Shown in pieces: positions 57,501 through 64,000 of a stretch of 64,000 nucleotides of DNA. A model generated the notes under the pieces. That model had not been told where the DNA came from. It searched no databases and saw only the letters and a program-made list of their open reading frames with translations. The translations under genes were made by a program, and so were the position numbers. This DNA comes from a virus: the IMG/VR virus record IMGVR_UViG_3300029822_000001, positions 32,001 to 96,000 of that record; one strand, 5' to 3'. Numbering within the stretch: the first letter of the stretch is position 1; the number at the start of each line of letters is the position of its first letter.

Positions 57501-58749
57501 AGGCAGTACCTGCATCAATATTAAGTCTAATTTTAGTACTGTCCAAAGGGTCTGGAGAAGTAGTACCATTAAAACCAGAAACTACATAAGAACCAGACTC
57601 GTCAGCAGTACGCTTAGCTAGTATCTGATTAATAGCAGAATATACTGGCTTACTTGAACTAGTCCTTAACTGGTTATCTACAAAAGTATAAATAGGAATA
57701 CTGCTATCATCATTATAAGTTAAGTTAACTGTATACTGTACCCGGTTAGCTCCTACCTTACCAGTAGTTAAGGAACCATCACTAGCTGTCGTATGGTCAA
57801 TTAAACTACTATCCTGGTCAGCAGTAATTAAAGATTCATTAACAGTTACCCCAATATTTTCTGTTCCAGTACCCGTTAAGGTAATATCCTGCTGAACAAA
57901 ATCTCGTACTGCGCCCTGTAACCAAATAGTTCCATCATTAACGGTGTATGTTTTACTGCGTTCTGTATTATTACTATCAGCAAAACTTAGTACCCAAGCT
58001 GTTACAGAGTTACCATCTTCAGCCTTTAAGCTACTGATAGAAAAACCAACCTGACCTACAGTTAAAGCATTATAGCCATAGTTTCCTAGTAAGCTAAATG
58101 AAACTAAACCAGACGTATTTGTAGTAAAAGTTGCTACTACCTTATGACTAGTACCATCATTTAGATTAATTGTTTTTCCAGTAGTATCACTAGTTGGAAC
58201 ACCATTAGGAAGAGTAGTGCTAATAGAGGTACCATCAATGGTATAACTACTAAGAGATACCTTAGTATTGTCATATACCAGTCCTAGGTTATTAAGAGTC
58301 CCAGAAGTTTTCTTTAGTGAAAAACTAATAGTAGTTGATAGTCCCTTCGTAACTACAGAAGAGAAGGACAATCCTGGATAGTCAGAAGATACTTGAGAAG
58401 CAGAAGCTACTGAAATAACTCCTTGAGATAGATATGTTGAAGTGTTTAAAGTGGAGCTAACAGAGGATAGACTTGATTGGCTAAAATTGTTAGCATTAAC
58501 TCCACTTGGCAGATTTGAGTTATTATTAGAATTAGTTACCTTGGGTACAATATCCATGCCAGAGATAATAGCACCTTCTTGAAACAGGGAATCACCTAAC
58601 AATTCCATTTGATGGTTTTGCATAGACTGCATCTCTAGCATTTCCCAGTTAAATGCATTACGACCAGGATAAAACAGAATCTTACTATAACGCTTGTCGG
58701 CATTATAAGGATTATTGTAGGGTGGTTTACTATCGTCGTATAAAGTCAA
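54529..58749 (-). CDS. large baseplate/adsorption tail protein (DUF4815-like), paralog 1
   Basis: Colinear with paralog 2 over its full length, same motifs. Confidence 0.85.
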   Translation of the reverse strand: MTLYDDSKPPYNNPYNADKRYSKILFYPGRNAFNWEMLEMQSMQNHQMELLGDSLFQEGAIISGMDIVPKVTNSNNNSNLPSGVNANNFSQSSLSSVSSTLNTSTYLSQGVISVASASQVSSDYPGLSFSSVVTKGLSTTISFSLKKTSGTLNNLGLVYDNTKVSLSSYTIDGTSISTTLPNGVPTSDTTGKTINLNDGTSHKVVATFTTNTSGLVSFSLLGNYGYNALTVGQVGFSISSLKAEDGNSVTAWVLSFADSNNTERSKTYTVNDGTIWLQGAVRDFVQQDITLTGTGTENIGVTVNESLITADQDSSLIDHTTASDGSLTTGKVGANRVQYTVNLTYNDDSSIPIYTFVDNQLRTSSSKPVYSAINQILAKRTADESGSYVVSGFNGTTSPDPLDSTKIRLNIDAGTAYVNGYQVITSTTTPVSLDKSVTSSGSTSEQYVYQPSYQLVNQPVQQVNKVVASVQGKNQNVVRSSSGITDTFASTTEVYQIVSVVQGSTTYTQGTDFSYSANVITWGRDSNGNSLNGAKVPSAGSSYIVVYNYTAVLTEGTDYKLVIDDNQNTSISFTGMSGLTPISNSLVNVDYSFFYARMDMITIKNPSSSDNNPFTVIKGSPNSLSSVKPPVLDDAYSLELGYVTILPNSDKAIFVMDTVKNMPFSELQKRATQVDNLQYNSAISSATQAATSTVNPLTYKDVFADNFVSLDVADTSNKDFTAAYDFSDGYIVPSIRSSISYTPTIDSTSSTTRTTGSFVTANYTETNTISQTSVTDTINVNPYDVYSINGSLSLSPAVDNWVDQQHTTIYNKKVQKSVSTIGTYNASDYLNSLGLNIDNAHLSYGDFDATNAEMVGNFNHYWDYERSDAWGKYTIDTTKEIGSKTVNSAIQFMRQTEVTFDATNLLPDADNLQVTIDDVPVDTPKAASSSYQGTQEGTFKADSNGEVKGTFKIPIGIQCGSRNVKVANGDNMAFTSYTAYGTTEDVQKIVNKVAVTVYLYDPVAQSFTLSDNKYLTSIGMYFYRTPSTNNVTAHPSISVQVRTLNSDGSGPSNEVLGTATIASDTIKTSNDASAETRVYFDDIIPLNANQGYCFVVVTDSDNYWLYKATKGKHLLGDESTYLTGRPSDNGNLFTSSNAQSWVDDPSSSLKYNVYTASFNTEASLVFTPNTLSNLSFTDGDTTITPDQINRMALLTAYTTAGNTNIDWYVRYLMSSDDASAKLSDRNWLPMNAVNGVSTSSINESGNSPYRGQLNFEGNVRQVQLMAKMSATSNVSPKISLDALHLVGIVDNTSATYLSENVDESDDAAFNTLKAQINAHVPTSGTIDLQYSIDGGSTWNTFSNNGTSPSVPTSIKAVNPMDNKYTFVGKVPGSSLATQVKYKVSIKGPDQYHKPQAGSFTVVLTNE

Positions 58750-58767
58750 TTTATATCTTCATCCTTT

Positions 58768-59280
58768 CTACAATGCCACAATGTATCCAACAACATATCT
58801 TGAATACGTTGAATCGTAGCTTTTTACTAATTCGTTGGTATACCCAAGTAAAGTTCCTTGGTTACTAATTTCAGAAGCCTTTCCATAGCTTTTACCACTA
58901 GTAACAGTAGGAGAACTAACAATTCCAACCTGACGATACTGACCATATGGTAGAGTATCAGGGTCAATTTCAGACTCTAGGTAAACATATCTAGCATTAT
59001 TAGCAATAGCATCATCGCTACTCTGTGCAACTTCCCAGTACGTATTTTTATAACTAATTGTTGTACTAGAAGCAGTTGTTACTGGATAAACCAGCTTTCC
59101 AGTAGTAACCTTGTAGATACCTAACAAGTCGCTTAGACTCGTTGTTGTTTTAACTTCTGCATCAGGAGAACTTTCGTTATCCCAAGCAGTAGTTTTAGCA
59201 AATAAAAACCAGTAATTATTCAAGTTAGCTAAAAAGTTCTGGGCCATAACTGTATGACCAACATTTGTTTCAATTGCCAA
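58768..59280 (-). CDS. baseplate wedge-like protein
   Basis: KTTAWDNE.SP, ARYVYLE, YRQVG motifs; synteny; TTG start at 59280. Confidence 0.75.
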   Translation of the reverse strand: MAIETNVGHTVMAQNFLANLNNYWFLFAKTTAWDNESSPDAEVKTTTSLSDLLGIYKVTTGKLVYPVTTASSTTISYKNTYWEVAQSSDDAIANNARYVYLESEIDPDTLPYGQYRQVGIVSSPTVTSGKSYGKASEISNQGTLLGYTNELVKSYDSTYSRYVVGYIVAL

Positions 59281-59293
59281 ATTTACACCCCAC

Positions 59294-62200
59294 TTATTCT
59301 GTAATGATGTCTGCGCCATAGTCATAGTTGCTACTGTATAAATTAGTTCCTAAACTATCACCAACAGTATTAATTACAACGTACATATTACTTAATGTTT
59401 CATCTTTATCTAATATAATTCGGTAGTACATAACTCCATCGTCATTTAAGTAACTAACTAGGTCACTTATAGCAATACTTTGCTCGTTAGATGATAGTAC
59501 TAATAAATTTTCCCATGAATTAGTATCCTGGTTATACCCTTGTATTGTGTTTCCACTAGCATCATTATCGACAACCAAAGTACTGCTTTCAATCTTGGAC
59601 TGTAACTCTTTACGATAGTTACTTGTTTTCAATTGATTACCTTGGTCAAGATAACTTTGTACTACATTAATAGTACCATACACATACTGAGAATTGGTCG
59701 ATTCTGAGCTATCATGGGTAACTTTAATTGGTGTAAGGCCAAGAAGACTAATATCAATAGGTGTACCAACGTTAGGAACACTGTCTGCACCTTCTGGTGA
59801 GTAATCACCACTATACTTAGTTAAGTAATAGTATTGATAGCCATATGGATATGAACCAGTATACGAATTAGTACCGTTCCAGGTACTACTACTATTCCAT
59901 GAAAAAGAAGAACCCAAAGAAGTACTACCTTGACTTACCTCAATTCTAGTATAATCATTTATACCATACTGCTCATTAAGAATCTTAGCTAATTCAGTTA
60001 TTAAGTCAGCACCGTAGTCAGTATTATCACTACTCAAGTTAATACCATAACCATCACTTGCATTAATCAGGTCTAGGGACAGTTGTGACAAGCTAATACT
60101 ACTGTTTGTATCAAGTACAATACGAGTGTATACGACCCCATTATTAGATAAGTAACTATTATAGTTTGCTAGTCGCCAACTAAAAGTTGTACCAGACAAG
60201 GAATTAATACTATCCCAGGATTTAGTACCAAAGTTGTAAACCTCAAAAGTACTATTTCCAGTTAACGAATAATTCATACCAAGTAACGTTCCATTGTACA
60301 AATTACTAAATAAATCAGCGTAACTATTAATAGTAGTTGTCCCATATTTATTCAAATAATAGTTGGCTAGGTCATAAGTTTGATAGACATACTTATTAGG
60401 TAACGTTGTTAGATAGTGGGTATTACTACCGTCCATCATAAAGTACTTAAGTGTACCTGAGGTACCATTAGGCATACTTACTGTAAAGGTAATGCCCTCT
60501 GATGGAATAACATCACTGCTGTTAAAAGGTACTGAAATATAATGCCACTGGTAGCTACCGTGGTACTCTGATGAAAGCAGAACTGGGTCTCTACCTTCGG
60601 AGTAAGAAACTAATACAGAGCTATTAGTAGGAAGGTTAGCATAACACCCAATGTTATACATTCCTGTAGAAGTACTTCCTGAAATTGGTACGGAAATAGA
60701 GCTACCGTTAGATACTGATACTTCACCCTGATTAAATAGTAAATTAGTAGTACTTTCTGCATAAGCTTCGGCACCTGTGTTATTAGTTACGTTACTATCA
60801 TCAGCTTTATCTTCTGGAGCGGGTGTCCAATCTGTTGCAATACTACCTTTTTCCAGCTTGAGCTTACTGATATATCCCGTCCCAGAGATTGAGTCTTTTG
60901 AACCGTCTCCATTAGGATGAGATAGATAAACGTTTATACCTGAACTAAATTGTCCTCCACTTGGAGTAGTAAATGTTACCTTGTTGTACTTTTTAGTTAA
61001 AGATTCATCAATATTTAGCCAGGCAGACCAAGACCAATCGCTTGTGTAGGCACAGAAAAAGACATTTTGCTGATTATCCGTTGATTTCTGGTCGACTCGT
61101 GCCCACCCAGAAAGTGTATAAGTAGTTCCGGGTTGCAAGCCACCAGAAATTTGATAACTAGCAATATAATAAGACTTTCCTGATAGTTCATCCTCACTAG
61201 TTCCAATTAGCAAGTTTCTGCCGCCAAGAGCATACGGAATACTCTCTTCCTTACTACCTAACTTTTGCATATCCTCTAAACTGGTTGGTGTACCAAAAAA
61301 TAATTTATAAGCACCTAGGTAGTTATCTGGGTCATAGTCAGTACCACTTTGAGAAGACTCAATATAGGGAAGTCCACTATTTGATTGTCCTAACCATACA
61401 GAACCGTCACTCCATGCTGAGTTGTTCCAAGACAATGTCTGAGCTTCCGTTGCATCTTCAATTGTATCCCCAGGAATGATTGAGTCCTTATTGAATAAGT
61501 TATATCCGTAAAGAAGCCTTAAGTATCCAACCAGAGTTACATCAATATCAGCACCATAGTTACTATTGTCAGAGTACAACTTAACACCGTACCCCTCAGT
61601 TCTTTTTGATACATCTAAACCTACCCAGTTTAATTTTAGTACCCTATTTATAGAGTTTGTTAAATTCAACCTACTGTACACATAACCATTAGTATTTACA
61701 TAAGGAGAAATATCATTCATACTGTATGAATAAAAAGTATCTTCTAATGTTCCTACAGTTACCCAAAGCTTTAGATTCCAATTGTACAACTGAACACTAG
61801 GGTATCCACTAGCATTCGTTGAAGTACTAATCTGGTTAAAAGCATAACTAATTAGCTTGTTACTATAAAGACTATTAAGTTCAGTACCATAGTCACTACC
61901 GGATAGTTCCCCAATGTACTTATTATAGAATCCTACTAAGTTAAAAGTACTATATACGTAGTTACCTGATAGTTCATTATCTGTGTACTGCTCGTTACTT
62001 CCTAAGTAAAATAGTCCAATGTAGTTATCATCATCTTTAAAAGGACCACTAACAATAAATTGTATTCCTTCATCAGGCATCTGGAAGTTATCATCTATTG
62101 TAATTTTAATGGTATTCCAAGTGTACTTCCCATTGTATGAGGAAGATAATAATACGGGTTCCTCATTCTTACTATACCTAATTTGTACAGAAGCGGTACT

Positions 62201-63301
62201 TGATAGCTTAGCATAGCAACCAATGTAGTAGTCTCCCTTAGGTAAAGTATCTAAATTACTACTAGAGATAGTTACTCCGTTAGTAACGTGGTACATCTTA
62301 TAATTACCAAAGTTTTCTTTAGCTGTTAAAGGAGCTGAAAAGTTCTTTAGATTAGCAGAATTCAAAAACTTATTGTTGTCTCCATCTTCATAGCTACTGC
62401 TAAAAGGTACATATTTAGTATCATTTGCTAATAGAGCAGTATAGTCAGTATCTTCTAAAGTACTTCCAAAAAACAATTGAGTATCACTATTATATAAAGT
62501 GCTTGGAATGTAATCAAGTGACGACTGAGACAACTCTACATATGGCGTAATTTCAGATTCTTGACCAAGCCAACTATCACCAGAGTTCCAAGCTGACTTG
62601 TTCCAGATAAATTCACTAATAGCTGCTGAAGGCTCACTATAGATGCCAGGAGTCAATCTAAATGAATCATAGATACTGTAACCATATAAGAATTGCAACT
62701 CATTAATAAATAGTAAATTATCCTCAGAACTAAAATCAAAAATAGGAGCGTTTACATCATGTGCTGACCCGTTGTAACTAACAACCCAAAGGACCCCAGC
62801 CATTCTAAACCAATTTAATAAGTCCTGAATAGAAGAAGGCACATTTTTTCCTAGCTGAATATCAATGACAGCAGTATCATAATAGGTACTATGAAGCTTA
62901 TAGCTACTATTCCATTTACCCCTATTCCACCGAAAGATATCTCTAAAGGGCTCATAAATGTAAACATCTGACATGTTTAAATCAAAGTAGTTAACAATAG
63001 CTTGACGGATACCTTCAACGGTACTCCTAGGATGTGTAACATGCGACTTGATTGCTGCTCTATACGTATCGTCACTCCATCCATCCTTACGATTAAGACC
63101 AAACCAGGAACCCCAGTAGTCTAAAAAAGGCCCTTCAGCTTCATTTAATAAACTCTCTTGCTTTGACATAATAGTGTCGTCTTTAACTTGAGATAATGTG
63201 TAATCAATAGCTCCAATAATTGCATCGTGCACTGAATACATATCATGATTATTGCTAATCTTTTTACGCCAAACTGGTGGTAAAAAACGTGTAAATGACA
63301 T
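59294..63301 (-). CDS. large baseplate protein with three internal repeats and inserted carbohydrate-binding-like modules
   Basis: N-terminal A.G..LD.WG..FG..R...D..YR wedge motif; repeats ending G..L.S.N..YGAD. Confidence 0.85.
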   Translation of the reverse strand: MSFTRFLPPVWRKKISNNHDMYSVHDAIIGAIDYTLSQVKDDTIMSKQESLLNEAEGPFLDYWGSWFGLNRKDGWSDDTYRAAIKSHVTHPRSTVEGIRQAIVNYFDLNMSDVYIYEPFRDIFRWNRGKWNSSYKLHSTYYDTAVIDIQLGKNVPSSIQDLLNWFRMAGVLWVVSYNGSAHDVNAPIFDFSSEDNLLFINELQFLYGYSIYDSFRLTPGIYSEPSAAISEFIWNKSAWNSGDSWLGQESEITPYVELSQSSLDYIPSTLYNSDTQLFFGSTLEDTDYTALLANDTKYVPFSSSYEDGDNNKFLNSANLKNFSAPLTAKENFGNYKMYHVTNGVTISSSNLDTLPKGDYYIGCYAKLSSTASVQIRYSKNEEPVLLSSSYNGKYTWNTIKITIDDNFQMPDEGIQFIVSGPFKDDDNYIGLFYLGSNEQYTDNELSGNYVYSTFNLVGFYNKYIGELSGSDYGTELNSLYSNKLISYAFNQISTSTNASGYPSVQLYNWNLKLWVTVGTLEDTFYSYSMNDISPYVNTNGYVYSRLNLTNSINRVLKLNWVGLDVSKRTEGYGVKLYSDNSNYGADIDVTLVGYLRLLYGYNLFNKDSIIPGDTIEDATEAQTLSWNNSAWSDGSVWLGQSNSGLPYIESSQSGTDYDPDNYLGAYKLFFGTPTSLEDMQKLGSKEESIPYALGGRNLLIGTSEDELSGKSYYIASYQISGGLQPGTTYTLSGWARVDQKSTDNQQNVFFCAYTSDWSWSAWLNIDESLTKKYNKVTFTTPSGGQFSSGINVYLSHPNGDGSKDSISGTGYISKLKLEKGSIATDWTPAPEDKADDSNVTNNTGAEAYAESTTNLLFNQGEVSVSNGSSISVPISGSTSTGMYNIGCYANLPTNSSVLVSYSEGRDPVLLSSEYHGSYQWHYISVPFNSSDVIPSEGITFTVSMPNGTSGTLKYFMMDGSNTHYLTTLPNKYVYQTYDLANYYLNKYGTTTINSYADLFSNLYNGTLLGMNYSLTGNSTFEVYNFGTKSWDSINSLSGTTFSWRLANYNSYLSNNGVVYTRIVLDTNSSISLSQLSLDLINASDGYGINLSSDNTDYGADLITELAKILNEQYGINDYTRIEVSQGSTSLGSSFSWNSSSTWNGTNSYTGSYPYGYQYYYLTKYSGDYSPEGADSVPNVGTPIDISLLGLTPIKVTHDSSESTNSQYVYGTINVVQSYLDQGNQLKTSNYRKELQSKIESSTLVVDNDASGNTIQGYNQDTNSWENLLVLSSNEQSIAISDLVSYLNDDGVMYYRIILDKDETLSNMYVVINTVGDSLGTNLYSSNYDYGADIITE

Positions 63302-63326
63302 ATGGTACGTACCTCCTTTCTACTAT

Positions 63327-64000
63327 CTACTCTTCACTGAAGTAAACATTGATTGTTCCTGCTTTAAGTATCTCATTGTTTGCTGAGATATAGCGTGATT
63401 CAATATCAAGCTCATCATAACTTCCGTCACTATTTTGTACTGTACTTGCATCTGTAGCACTAACAGAATCTACATTTTCTACCTTTGTAACTTTACCAGA
63501 GGGTACTAATGAAGCTAGTAAGCTCGTGTCATCTTTAGTAAATCTGTCCTTAGGCTGGTAGTAATCGGGTGCTACATGATAAGCCCCAATGTAAATATCA
63601 TTGGTATCTTTTATATCTGTACCTCCCCTAAGAACAATATCTGGATTAGCACTAATGTCAAGTTCACAATCTGTTACGCCATAAACGTCCAAGTCCATGA
63701 TTACCTTTATTAAGTCTTTAATAGTGAGACTTTGACCAACAGTATAGTTGTTCAGTGCATTACTAAGTCTCTGCTTAAGAACATCTAATAATCCACTAAT
63801 TGCTAAGGAATCATCAGATACTGTTATTCCAACATAAGCGTCTATCGTTGTTTTATGAATAGGCAAAATAGTTACATTTATCCCGCCACCCCGATAAGGT
63901 TCTACTGCCTTAGCTACTTGTTCCTTAAGTTCTTCGCTTAAGTCCCCATTGGTATCCGCACAGTAACAATATAAAAATCCAGGAATAGGGTCATATGCTC
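63327..64000 (-). CDS. baseplate J-like protein (5' truncated by the window edge)
   Basis: Frame open to the edge: PGFLYCYCADTNGDLSEEL...YRGGGINV. Confidence 0.8.
   Translation of the reverse strand, partial: AYDPIPGFLYCYCADTNGDLSEELKEQVAKAVEPYRGGGINVTILPIHKTTIDAYVGITVSDDSLAISGLLDVLKQRLSNALNNYTVGQSLTIKDLIKVIMDLDVYGVTDCELDISANPDIVLRGGTDIKDTNDIYIGAYHVAPDYYQPKDRFTKDDTSLLASLVPSGKVTKVENVDSVSATDASTVQNSDGSYDELDIESRYISANNEILKAGTINVYFSEE

Noticed and set aside
50241-58749. Diversity-generating retroelement explanation for the tail paralogs
   Set aside because: No reverse transcriptase in the window; differences span full-length genes and are not adenine-specific
3451-61479. Plus-strand and nested short ORFs in the track (e.g. 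24307-24777, 37640-38086, 46937-47293, 7531-7743, 14338-14589)
   Set aside because: Antisense or out-of-frame shadows of well-supported minus-strand genes, lacking RBSs and motifs

Overview
This is a 64-kb segment of a large lytic myovirus genome of the SPO1/Twort type (Herelleviridae), most likely infecting lactobacilli. Host evidence is the GH25-DUF5776-like-LysM endolysin with a signal peptide, an LL-H-type holin and Lactobacillus-like TnpBs. Essentially all real genes lie on the minus strand. Read in transcription order (right to left), the window holds: baseplate J (partial), a large repeat-containing baseplate protein, a wedge protein and two tandem paralogous ~1400-aa DUF4815-type tail proteins; holin and endolysin; a replication module (HTH protein, DnaB helicase, SbcD/SbcC, primase, deoxynucleoside kinase, Pnu transporter, resolvase, HU, deoxyribosyltransferase-like protein, family-A polymerase split by a group I intron, SSB-like protein, RecA, sigma factor); FN3 decoration genes; accessory genes; one tRNA-Arg; an early host-takeover array of small genes with repeated strong promoters; and a 1.5-kb non-coding end region. 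Most notable observations: (1) an apparently split FN3 domain cassette, present twice, with an in-frame extension hidden behind a TAA stop; (2) a 354-nt ORF-less group I intron whose P1/P10 pairing predicts a terminal A rather than the canonical omega-G; (3) two tnpA-less IS607-type tnpB elements plus a 249-bp IS605-type mini-element that carries only a promoter and an omegaRNA; (4) two homologous ~290-bp non-coding units, each bracketed by convergent promoters; (5) a promoter class with a covarying palindrome over the -10 box; (6) a Pnu transporter/dNK salvage pair, with no ribonucleotide reductase genes at their usual position. All calls were made by eye; no database search was run.
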